Positions 1 to 7,624 of a stretch of DNA of 64,000 nucleotides are shown here, piece by piece. Positions within the stretch are counted from its first letter, which is position 1. Every line of letters begins with the position of its first letter. The notes beneath the pieces are model-generated. The model worked only from the letters and a program-made list of their open reading frames with translations, had not been told where the DNA came from and did no database searches. Position numbers and translations under genes: made by a program. Source of the DNA: an uncultured beta proteobacterium (lineage in GTDB: Bacteria; Pseudomonadota; Gammaproteobacteria; Burkholderiales; Gallionellaceae); NCBI GenBank assembly GCA_963723415.1, contig CAVRQB010000005.1, forward strand, positions 117,633 through 181,632, written 5' to 3'.

Positions 1-891
1 CATGTCGGCCTGGCTGGAGGCAACAGCGAGAGCGGTGGATTCGCAGATGCCCTGGATCGCGCCGGCGTGCTCCCGCATGCGCTCCAGTTCCGCCAGAAAC
101 ACGCGCAGGGTTTTGGCCCGGGACGGAACATGCGCACCGCAGATCGTTTCAACCGCCTGGCAGTAGGCCAGCCCGTGGGCAAAAGCCGTCGTCGCGGCGA
201 AGCGCTCGGCGAGCAGCAAAACCTCGTCCGTGGTTTTTCCTTCGGCGAGCTTCTCGATGGCCCGCCATTTATAGAACAGGCGCGAGGACGAGCGGATGAC
301 ATCTTCGCCGACGGTTTCGAGCAGAAAGTGCACCGACTCGCTGACGCCGGAGTATTTGGGACCGATCGGCATCACGAACGCGCCCGGTGCGTGAAGAATG
401 CGACGCGGGCGCCAGTTTGCGTCGGGTTTGCGATGGCGCATGGCTGTTTGCGCATCGAAATGCCGGCGCATCGGTTCGACATTTTCCTGCCACACATCAT
501 CGTGCAGGATGAAATCACCGAGGCGCGGATGACCCGCAAAGATCAACCCATACAAATCCTCGGCTTCGCGTTCGTGCCAGTCGGCAGCGTGCACGTATTT
601 CACGATGCTCGGGAAGTTCTTGTCGGCGATAGGCGCGGTGACCCGCACCTGGACCCAGCCGGCATCGCGTTCGCCGTAAAAGGTGTAACGCAACTGCCAT
701 TCGCTCCCGCCCTCCTCGACGATCAGACCGGCAAACCCGAAATTCCATTCGAGGAAAAGGTAGCCGCACAATTCCGGCAATGCAGCACGGGCGCAGACGA
801 TTTCGCCGATGGTGTCCGGGTTGTCGAACCGGCATTGCGCCAGCTCAGGCCATCGTTGATCAATTTCAGTCTTCAGTTCGTCGCGGTTCAT
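1..891 (-). CDS. NuoC/NuoD-fusion, HyfG/HycE-like large subunit of a group-4-hydrogenase-related (Ehr-type) membrane complex. Only the 5' part is present; the C-terminus lies left of the window.
   Basis: This gene is absent from the ORF track because it runs off the left edge. I hand-translated the minus strand from the ATG at 891. It reads MNRDELKTEIDQRWPELAQ...DWHEREAEDLYGLIFAGHPRLGDFILHDD (NuoC-like), then MPIGPKYSGVSESVHFLLETVGEDVIRSSSRLFYKWRAIEKLAEGKT..LAERFAATTAFAHGLAYCQAVE (NuoD/HycE-like). The + ORF 67..1110 is its antisense shadow. Confidence 0.8.
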   Translation of the reverse strand, partial: MNRDELKTEIDQRWPELAQCRFDNPDTIGEIVCARAALPELCGYLFLEWNFGFAGLIVEEGGSEWQLRYTFYGERDAGWVQVRVTAPIADKNFPSIVKYVHAADWHEREAEDLYGLIFAGHPRLGDFILHDDVWQENVEPMRRHFDAQTAMRHRKPDANWRPRRILHAPGAFVMPIGPKYSGVSESVHFLLETVGEDVIRSSSRLFYKWRAIEKLAEGKTTDEVLLLAERFAATTAFAHGLAYCQAVETICGAHVPSRAKTLRVFLAELERMREHAGAIQGICESTALAVASSQADM

Positions 892-901
892 GGACTTTTC
901 C

Positions 902-2395
902 TTATCTCGTCAGAGCGGCTGCGGCCTGCGTCAGCAAATCGTTCAGCGGCCGTGGAATGTAAAAGCCAAGCACGAGCACCGGCACGGCAGCCAGTATCAG
1001 CGCCAGCCGGCAGCTTAACGGCAGGGGAGCATGCCCGGCGGTTTCCGGTACGGAAGGACTTGGTTCAACCGGGCCGTTATTTTCGGGCTCACCAAAAACC
1101 ATCCGGTTGACGTGCAGCATGATTCCGAAAAAGGCGATGACGATGAAAATGGCCAGCAGGCCAGTTGCCATATATTCCTTTTGAATAAAACCGGACCTGA
1201 GAATTGAGAATTCGCTCAGGAATACCGCCATCGGGGGCGCGCCGGCGATGGCAAGTCCGCCGAAGGCGAGCGCGGCACCCGCAACAGGCGACTGGCGGAT
1301 CAGGCCGCGCACGGCGGCAATTTCACGTGTTCCAACCGCCATCAATACGGCCCCGGCCGCGAAGAAACAGAATGACTTTGTCACGCAATGGGTGACGATC
1401 TGTTGCATTGCACCGTAACCTGTCACCGATGAACCCAGGCCGACGGCCGCCAGAATAATCCCCATGTGTTCGACCGTGGAGAACGCGAACATGCGCTTGT
1501 AGTCGCGAACCTGGAGCAGCAAAAACGCGGCGGTGCCGACCGAGATCAGGCCGAGAACCAGCGCCCAGGTGTCGGCGTGGGAATCGGGCGAGGCATGCAT
1601 CACCGGAAACAATCGCAATATGACATAAAGTATCGCCGAGGTCTCGATGCCGGAAAGCAGCGCGCATACCGGAGAGGGCGCCTGGCTGTGCGCGTCCGGC
1701 AGCCAGGTGTGCATCGGGACCAGGCCGACCTTGGTTCCGAGCCCGATCAGGATCAACAGGAACGCCATCTGCAACAGAACCGGCGGCATTGTCGGTGCCG
1801 CGGCAACCAGTCCGGTCCAGGTGTAAGCCGCGTCGCTGCCCGACGCCTGCATTGCGGCAAACAGAACCAGAAAGCCAAACAGCGCCATGCCCGCACCCAT
1901 CAGCGAAAGAACCACATATTTCCAGGCCGCCTCCAGCGCCTCGCGGGTATTCTCAAACGAGACGAGCAAAGCAGAGCACAGTGTCGTCAATTCGACCACG
2001 ATCCATACCAGTGTCGGTTCGGCGAGAACCGGAATGGCCAGCATGGAAAAAACGAACAGGTTGTAATTGGCATAATAGATCCGCAGCTTCCACGGCTTCA
2101 GGTTCTGCTGCGCCATATAACCGACCGAGTAGGTCGCCGCTGTTGTTGCGACAAACGCGATCAGCAGCAAAATCAGCGCGCTCAGGCCGTCGACTGAAAT
2201 CCATTTCAAACTGCCCGCGTCCAGCGCAGCGATGACCGGCTTCCCCGCTGAAGCCTGCAACGCGATTTCCATGGACAAAATCAAAACGGCTGTGCTGGAC
2301 ACAACGGTTACGCCTGCAGCCCAATGCTTTTTGAACGGAATGCAAACGAGCAGGGTCGCAATCAGGGGCAGCAGCAAAATGATGATGACGTTCAT
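902..2395 (-). CDS. NuoM/NuoN-type antiporter-like membrane subunit (HyfF/HyfB-like)
   Basis: This is the internal start MNVIIILLLPLIATLL of track ORF 902..2935. The ATG at 2395 overlaps the upstream stop as ATGA. It is polytopic, with the motif MHTWLPDAHSQAPSPVCALLSG typical of complex I antiporter-like subunits. Confidence 0.8.
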   Translation of the reverse strand: MNVIIILLLPLIATLLVCIPFKKHWAAGVTVVSSTAVLILSMEIALQASAGKPVIAALDAGSLKWISVDGLSALILLLIAFVATTAATYSVGYMAQQNLKPWKLRIYYANYNLFVFSMLAIPVLAEPTLVWIVVELTTLCSALLVSFENTREALEAAWKYVVLSLMGAGMALFGFLVLFAAMQASGSDAAYTWTGLVAAAPTMPPVLLQMAFLLILIGLGTKVGLVPMHTWLPDAHSQAPSPVCALLSGIETSAILYVILRLFPVMHASPDSHADTWALVLGLISVGTAAFLLLQVRDYKRMFAFSTVEHMGIILAAVGLGSSVTGYGAMQQIVTHCVTKSFCFFAAGAVLMAVGTREIAAVRGLIRQSPVAGAALAFGGLAIAGAPPMAVFLSEFSILRSGFIQKEYMATGLLAIFIVIAFFGIMLHVNRMVFGEPENNGPVEPSPSVPETAGHAPLPLSCRLALILAAVPVLVLGFYIPRPLNDLLTQAAAALTR

Positions 2396-3102
2396 TTTGC
2401 CAGCTCCTTCGCCGGCGGCTCGTCGCCCGATTCCTTCAGGCTGGAGAGTTTGCCCACCGCCGTTGTGCCGACATGTTTCTGTACTGCGCGTATCAGCACC
2501 CCGCTGATGAATACGATGATCAGGCCGTCCGTCGCAATCGCCAGCTCGACGAGCAACGGCAGGTTGCGCGAAATCGAAATGCCCGCCAGGAACGCGCCGT
2601 TTTCCATGACCAGCAACGCGATCAGCAACGGCAACGCTTCGCGGCGCACGGTGAGCGTGAAGGCGCCCAGCAACAGGCCGGCGATGCCGATCGGCACATT
2701 GGCGCCGCGAAATTCGGGTGCGACGGCATTCAACAATGGCTGGGCTAGAAAGTAAGCCAGAATCGTCAACCCCAAAGCGATGAGCAATGCGGTCGGAATA
2801 TTCAGCACCTGGCTGATTTCCCGGCGGCTGTAGATTTCTTTCGGGGTGGTCTTGCGCAACAGCCATGGAACAATGATCGGCTTGCTGATCAGATTCACCA
2901 GCGCGACGCCGTAAAGATGTCCGGAATGATGCCAAAGTCCCAGCAACGCCGCGGATGCGGCAAGCATAAGCGATTGCAGGATAAACAGATTCAATACACC
3001 GCGCACCTGCCGCATCGCGACAATGCCGAAAGCCGTCAGCAAAAAAACCCCGACGGCCAGCGCATTCATGTTGTCCAGCAATTGATTGGCCGTATCATTC
3101 AT
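2392..3102 (-). CDS. HyfE-like small membrane subunit (NuoK-related) of a hydrogenase-4-like complex
   Basis: The 236-aa hydrophobic ORF lies between the HyfC-like and HyfF-like genes, and its start ATG is at 3102. Confidence 0.7.
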   Translation of the reverse strand: MNDTANQLLDNMNALAVGVFLLTAFGIVAMRQVRGVLNLFILQSLMLAASAALLGLWHHSGHLYGVALVNLISKPIIVPWLLRKTTPKEIYSRREISQVLNIPTALLIALGLTILAYFLAQPLLNAVAPEFRGANVPIGIAGLLLGAFTLTVRREALPLLIALLVMENGAFLAGISISRNLPLLVELAIATDGLIIVFISGVLIRAVQKHVGTTAVGKLSSLKESGDEPPAKELAK

Positions 3103-3138
3103 TTACATTTACGCATGTTGGCATTTACGCATTTTGGT

Positions 3139-4089
3139 TCACAGGAAAAATATTTGTGCAATCATGGCCGCCACGGAAGTGATGAACGCGGTGCCCAGGA
3201 ATTCAGAGATCCGAAACAGGCGCAGCTTCGAGAGCGACGATTCGATCACAACCAGCACCAGCAAAAAGCAGAAGATCTTGAACAGCACCAGCGGTACGGC
3301 CAGCAACACCCCGCCGAGGGTATTCCCGATTGCCAACCCCCACGGCGTGACCAGCACATTGAGAAAGATGCACATCAGAACGAACAGTTTCATCTGTCCG
3401 CCCCATTTCATCAGCGCGAATCCGCGACCCGAGTATTCGAGCGATTTTGATTCGTCTATCATCGCCAGCTCGAAATGGCCGGCCGGGTTATCCACCGGAA
3501 TGCGTCCGCCTTCGGCCAGGATCAGCATCAGAAACGCCAATACCAGCAACAGGTGTGACGGCATGAAAAAATTTGCCAGCGGCGTCACCCATTTTTCCTG
3601 CACGATGTAAGGGATCGTTGATCCGGCGACAAACGAGACCGTGAAAAAGACAATCATGAACACCGGTTCAGCCAGAAATCCCACCATGCGCGTCCGGCTG
3701 GCACCCATCGGACCGTAAGGATTCGCCGTGTCTATCGCCGCAAGCGTGGCGAAAAAGCCGCCCAGCGCCAGAATGAATCCGCCGGCAATCATGTCGCCCA
3801 TGAAAGCGAAAAAGAGCGGGTAATTCGTGAGTACCGGAATCAGCAGGGTGACAAAGACCGGCGTGACGAACACGATGTAAGGCGTGAACCGGAAAATCCA
3901 GGAACTGTCTTCAGAGACGATTTCGTCCTTGTGGAACAGTTTCCACAAATCACGATAGGGCTGAAAAATGCTCGGGCCGCGCTTGGACTGCACCATTTCC
4001 TTGAGCCGCGACAGCACGCCGGAAGCCAGCGGCGCGAAAGCCATGACAACCAGAACTTGAACAAGGTTAAATAATATGTGCTCTAGCAT
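3139..4089 (-). CDS. HyfC/HycD-like (NuoH-type) membrane subunit
   Basis: The 316-aa polytopic ORF reads MLEHILFNLVQVLVVMAFAPLASGVLSRLKEMVQSKRGPSIFQPYRDLWKLF, the pattern of formate hydrogenlyase subunit 4 / NuoH. Confidence 0.8.
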   Translation of the reverse strand: MLEHILFNLVQVLVVMAFAPLASGVLSRLKEMVQSKRGPSIFQPYRDLWKLFHKDEIVSEDSSWIFRFTPYIVFVTPVFVTLLIPVLTNYPLFFAFMGDMIAGGFILALGGFFATLAAIDTANPYGPMGASRTRMVGFLAEPVFMIVFFTVSFVAGSTIPYIVQEKWVTPLANFFMPSHLLLVLAFLMLILAEGGRIPVDNPAGHFELAMIDESKSLEYSGRGFALMKWGGQMKLFVLMCIFLNVLVTPWGLAIGNTLGGVLLAVPLVLFKIFCFLLVLVVIESSLSKLRLFRISEFLGTAFITSVAAMIAQIFFL

Positions 4090-4124
4090 GAATCAGTTCC
4101 CTAATTGTTATGCGCCATGGCGCG

Positions 4125-4490
4125 TCACGGCATCTCCTGCAAGTCGCCTGACAAGCCGGGGGTGTCCTCTTTGTCTGGATTGATCACGCCAAAGCGTGCC
4201 GGGATATAGGCATAGAAGATCCGGATTTTTTCCCGGCGAACCAGTTCCAGAATCTTGTTCGCCTCATCGCCGGTGACGATGAATTCCACCTCGATCGTGA
4301 GCGTTCCGGCCAATTCAAAAAAATGATCTTCGTGAAGATGATGGTGGCGTCCGAACCCGGCCATCGCCCGAAAGGCAGACCCGCCGCGGATTCCGACATG
4401 GCTGGCCTGTTCCAGCAGCCACTCCCAAGCCAGAATCCCATGGCACCGTTGGTTTTCATGAACATAAATCCTGAGAAATGTTCCTTCCAT
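4125..4490 (-). CDS. DUF190 (PII-like) protein, a family commonly linked to crcB
   Basis: This is the internal start MEGTFLRIYVHENQRCHGILAWEWLLEQA of track ORF 4125..4874 (ATG at 4490). It is 121 aa. Confidence 0.75.
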   Translation of the reverse strand: MEGTFLRIYVHENQRCHGILAWEWLLEQASHVGIRGGSAFRAMAGFGRHHHLHEDHFFELAGTLTIEVEFIVTGDEANKILELVRREKIRIFYAYIPARFGVINPDKEDTPGLSGDLQEMP

Positions 4491-4503
4491 CGCGGTCTCC
4501 TTT

Positions 4504-4884
4504 TCAGTAGTTTTGCTGCGCCGGAATGACGCCGCGCACCCCGCCGCGCGGGTTTTGCATATCGCCCTGGTAGCGGGGAATGAGGTGCAGGTGGACGTGC
4601 GGGATCGTTTGGCCGGCAACCTCGCCCACGTTGACGCCGACGTTGTAACCGGCGGGGGCATGTTTGCCGTCGAGGTAATGCTTGGCCTTGTCGAGCAGCG
4701 ACAACAGCGCGATTTTCTCCGCCTCGGTAGTGAGAAAAAAATCGGCGACATGGCGCCTGGGAATGACCAGCAAATGGCCGGGGTTGACCGGGTATTTGTC
4801 CGGTTTGACATAGGCCAGATCGTTCTCGAGCAGGACGCTGTCCGGATTGCAGAACGGACAAATCTGCGTGCCATCGTTCATCAT
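4504..4884 (-). CDS. HIT-family hydrolase
   Basis: The histidine triad HVHLHLIP is present in a 126-aa ORF. Its start overlaps the crcB stop as ATGA. Confidence 0.85.
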   Translation of the reverse strand: MMNDGTQICPFCNPDSVLLENDLAYVKPDKYPVNPGHLLVIPRRHVADFFLTTEAEKIALLSLLDKAKHYLDGKHAPAGYNVGVNVGEVAGQTIPHVHLHLIPRYQGDMQNPRGGVRGVIPAQQNY

Positions 4885-5276
4885 GCAGTTCCTTTTGCCT
4901 TGAACCGGTTGACCGTCAGTATACCCATAGCCGTCATGACCAGCGACCCGCCGAGATGAACGGCGGTGTCAGCCAGGGCCCAGCTGTATTCGCCTCTGGA
5001 AATAAGCGCGACCGCCTCGGCAGAAAAGCTGGAAAAGGTGGTGAGCCCGCCCATGAAACCGGTGATGACAAACAGCCGGGCTTCAGGCGGCAGACTGGAA
5101 TAGCGGGAAAAGAAAGCGATCGCCACGCCGATCAGGTATCCGCCGGTCAGATTGGCTGCCAGCGTACCAAGCGGTAGCGTGGGGAAGATGGGGTTGAGCA
5201 TGATACCGAGCCGTCAGCGCAACAATGCGCCAAAATCTGCGCCGAAGCCCACTGCAACAAAGCCATAGAAGTCCAT
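4881..5276 (-). pseudogene. crcB: crcB (Fluc fluoride channel) with an in-frame TGA at codon 21
   Basis: The track ORF 4881..5201 lacks TM1. Reading the same frame upstream gives ATG(5276) MDFYGFVAVGFGADFGALLR-TGA(5214..5216)-RLGIMLNPIFPTLPLGTLAANLTGGYLIG. The stop sits where E. coli CrcB has Trp (..SVARWLL..). Confidence 0.75.
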
Positions 5277-5322
5277 ACCACTCCCCCGCCCAGGTTGATT
5301 GATCGTTTTGACTGATGGGCGG

Positions 5323-5362
5323 AAAAAAAGCCTACCGCCCCGTTGCCGGGTCATCGGTAGGC
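5323..5362 (-). terminator. Intrinsic terminator that serves as the expression platform of the fluoride riboswitch
   Basis: The minus-strand RNA reads GCCUACCG-AUGACCCGGCAACGGGG-CGGUAGGC followed by U7. The 5' arm re-uses the GCCUAC 3' end of the aptamer. Confidence 0.75.
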
Positions 5363-5422
5363 ATCATCAGCCCGTGCGGGCGATTCGGAACAAAAACTCC
5401 GGGAGGCATGCCATCTCCAGAG
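5355..5422 (-). promoter_or_regulatory. Fluoride riboswitch (crcB motif) aptamer
   Basis: The minus-strand RNA reads GGAGAUGGCAUGCCUCC..(CGGAGUUUUUGUUCCG)..AAUCGCCCGCACGGGCUGAUGAUGCCUAC. This matches the conserved GAUGG / GGCUGAUGAUGCCUAC core and pseudoknot (AUGGCAU with AUGCC) of the crcB motif. It lies directly upstream of crcB. Confidence 0.85.
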
Positions 5423-5425
5423 CGG

Positions 5426-5454
5426 AAGATAACAAGTGCCGCCGGGAATGTAAA
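5426..5454 (-). promoter_or_regulatory. Putative sigma70 promoter for the riboswitch transcript
   Basis: On the minus strand there is TTTACA, a 17-nt spacer, then TATCTT, just upstream of the aptamer. Confidence 0.45.
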
Positions 5455-5678
5455 GCCGACTTAAAGCCGGGTGCCAACCCATGCGCTGCGTGTACGCAGT
5501 TTTGACGCGACCGTTAATTGTGGTCAGGATCGGGCGGTCTGCAGTTGCCGGGGTATTAGGTCAGACTTGTCGCGGAAAGCTGCGTTTTGCGTTTGTCCCC
5601 CGCCATTTTCAACATTTAGGGGATCAACACTCAGGGGGCGCCGTTCAAGGGACATGGTGCCGCCGGCCCGTTTCTGAT

Positions 5679-5941
5679 TCAGGATTTTTTGAATAGTTCG
5701 TCAAGCGGATTTTTGCCCGCGGGTGCGCTGGCGGAAACGCGCTTCGCGGCAAACTCTTCCTCGATGTTGTCGCGATAGAAACTCCATGCTGCGCCGGACC
5801 TGCTGAGGCGCCGCCAGGCATCCTCGCCGACGCCGCTGTATGCAGCGTGCTGCCGTCGTCTAGCTGCACCTGCAGCATCCGGGCGCGGCTGTCGTAGCCG
5901 ATCGCGCGCAGCCTGCCCGAATTGATCTTCTTCATTTCCAT
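5679..5941 (-). pseudogene. KTSC-domain protein gene with a 1-nt frameshift
   Basis: From the ATG at 5941 the frame reads MEMKKINSGRLRAIGYDSRARMLQVQLDDGSTLH. The family-typical continuation YSGVGEDAWRRLSRSGAAWSFYRDNIEEEFAAKRV..KKS-TGA(5679) is in the next frame. The span is 263 nt, which is not a multiple of 3. The break is at about 5840-5843. Confidence 0.7.
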
Positions 5942-5988
5942 CGTGGACTCCTCAAGCTGTTCAGGGCATGGCCGCTTTGGTTCAAGGC

Positions 5989-6648
5989 TCAGCGGCCCAG
6001 CACTTCCTTGTGACAATCCGGATGGTCCAAAAAGCGCCACAGATACCATGCAGCCACGGCCCGGTAGGGGCGCCATTTTTGCGAGGTGAGCTCAAGACTT
6101 TTTGAATTCGGGTAGAGCATGCTGTGGGCGCGTATCAGTCCGCCGTCACCCAGTGCGAGCGCATCCAGTCTTTTCAGTCCGTACATCATGAAAACCTCTG
6201 CCGTCCAGGCTCCAACGCCCCAATACGATGTCAGTTTCTCAAAAACCTCACGATCATCAAGCCGGTCAAAGACCTTGTGGGATATCTCTCCGGCGATGCA
6301 TGCTTCGGCGATGCCTGTGACGGCCTTTATCTTGCTGTTCGAGATTCCGCAGGCCCTGAGCTGATCGGTGCCGAGAGCAAGAAACCTGTCCGGTTTGAAA
6401 GGTCGCCTGCCGTGGATGGATTCTATCCTTTTGCTTATGCTGCCGGCCGCCGCGGTTGAAAGCTGCTGGCCGATAACCGCTCTGGCCAGCGCATCGAAAG
6501 GATCTCTTTTTTCCTGGCCGATATCGGCGCGACCGAAGAGGGCGATCAGCTTTGCCAGCTTCTTGTCCTGCTGCATCAGGAATGTCTCGGGACTTGAAGA
6601 TTTGGCAGCCATGCAATTTTTTGCAATGTTGCGTGCTCTTTTGTTCAA
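5989..6648 (-). CDS. HhH-GPD family DNA glycosylase (AlkA-like 3-methyladenine glycosylase II)
   Basis: The ORF contains ..AVIGQQLSTAAAGSISKRI.., CGISNSKIKAV and WGVGAWTAEVFMMYGLKRLDALALGDGGL, which are helix-hairpin-helix plus Asp motifs. Confidence 0.7.
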   Translation of the reverse strand: MNKRARNIAKNCMAAKSSSPETFLMQQDKKLAKLIALFGRADIGQEKRDPFDALARAVIGQQLSTAAAGSISKRIESIHGRRPFKPDRFLALGTDQLRACGISNSKIKAVTGIAEACIAGEISHKVFDRLDDREVFEKLTSYWGVGAWTAEVFMMYGLKRLDALALGDGGLIRAHSMLYPNSKSLELTSQKWRPYRAVAAWYLWRFLDHPDCHKEVLGR

Positions 6649-7007
6649 CTGTTGATCCAGCGCATCGCCTGGTCACGTTCAGTTGGCGGGAAGTTCCTAA
6701 TCTCGCCGCTCATTGCTAGGGCGCCTATCTTGAAACCCCACTCCACCCATTTTGGACCGCCGATCACGCCCATCTTTTCGAAATCGTTCCGGTGTGCGAG
6801 CCCGAAGCGGGCGTCATCCCACGCTGCCGCGGGCTCCCAGCCATGGAATTCATCCTCGATATCCAGCAGCAGCCGCGCCTTGCCGTGGGCCTGGATGATG
6901 GCTTCCAGGCGGGGGATGAGCACTTCCTTGTAATCCCTGTCGGTCAACTTTCCGGTGGCGCCGAGGACAAGAATGTTTCCCTTGCTTTGCGGCGATATCG
7001 TGATCAT
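6645..7007 (-). CDS. SpoIIAA/STAS-like small protein (DUF3478-like)
   Basis: The ORF is 120 aa. My recognition of its pattern (GKLTDRDYKEVLIPRLEAII..ARLLLD) is weak. Confidence 0.5.
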   Translation of the reverse strand: MITISPQSKGNILVLGATGKLTDRDYKEVLIPRLEAIIQAHGKARLLLDIEDEFHGWEPAAAWDDARFGLAHRNDFEKMGVIGGPKWVEWGFKIGALAMSGEIRNFPPTERDQAMRWINS

Positions 7008-7066
7008 CGGATGCTCCTTTCAGAATCGATGTGAACTGCGGGATCCGCTTCGTTTCGACACAAGGA

Positions 7067-7624
7067 TCATGGAATGTTGAATATGGAATTGTGATCCTCC
7101 TCCGCCTTTGCCTGTTGCGCAAGATCTGCGGCACGCTTTAATGCTTCCCCGGCACCTACCGTGTCTCCCTGCGCGACGCGTGCCTTGCCGATCACCTGCC
7201 AGTTCTCTGCCTGCACACGATGCAGGTGCCCGGCGAAACTGTTGGATTTGCCGGCCAGCGCGATCGCCTGCGCATACTGGCCCTGGGCCAGGCGCACTTG
7301 CGCAAGTGCCAGCCACAACCAGGGATTGCGCGGTTCGATGCGCAGCGCACGTTCCAGCGATGCCCCTGCCGCATCATGCTGTCCGGAATCGCTGTCGGTC
7401 TGCGCCCGGTCCAATAGCGCGATGACAGCCTTGTTGCCCGACATGGCCGAGCTTGGCACAGGTTTCAGCGGCGGCGGTGCAATGCCGGCTGCCTCACCCG
7501 GCTGCTGTGCCGCGGACGGAGCGGCCGGGGCAGCAGTCCTGGATGGCTGTGTTGCCACGCCTGCACATCCGGCCAGCAACAACAGCCCCGCCGAAACAAA
7601 ATACCAGCCGAATCTGTTCTTCAA
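7067..7624 (-). CDS. TPR-repeat outer-membrane lipoprotein, a candidate PBP1B partner (LpoP-like)
   Basis: It has a lipobox LLLAGC, a Pro/Ala-rich linker and then TPR-like helices (ALRIEPRNPWLWLALAQVRLAQGQYAQAIALA..). Its start overlaps the mrcB stop (7621-7624). Confidence 0.65.
   Translation of the reverse strand: MKNRFGWYFVSAGLLLLAGCAGVATQPSRTAAPAAPSAAQQPGEAAGIAPPPLKPVPSSAMSGNKAVIALLDRAQTDSDSGQHDAAGASLERALRIEPRNPWLWLALAQVRLAQGQYAQAIALAGKSNSFAGHLHRVQAENWQVIGKARVAQGDTVGAGEALKRAADLAQQAKAEEDHNSIFNIP

Noticed and set aside
67-1110. A 347-aa ORF on the + strand at the left edge.
   Set aside because: Its translation is Arg/Gly/Asp-rich nonsense. The opposite strand encodes a clear NuoCD/HyfG-like protein from the ATG at 891, so this ORF is an antisense shadow typical of high-GC DNA.
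1-4089. Calling the Hyf-like genes a functional formate hydrogenlyase / hydrogenase-4.
   Set aside because: The large-subunit NiFe CxxC motif is replaced (RFAATTAFAH), and no formate dehydrogenase, HyfA/B or maturation genes are visible. Only a hydrogenase-related complex can be claimed.
4112-4123. The palindrome GCGCCATGGCGC between the DUF190 and HyfC-like genes as a terminator.
   Set aside because: It would form only a stem of about 4 bp with a 4-nt loop, and no U tract follows. It is followed instead by an AGGGAA ribosome-binding-like sequence, so it is unlikely to stop transcription.
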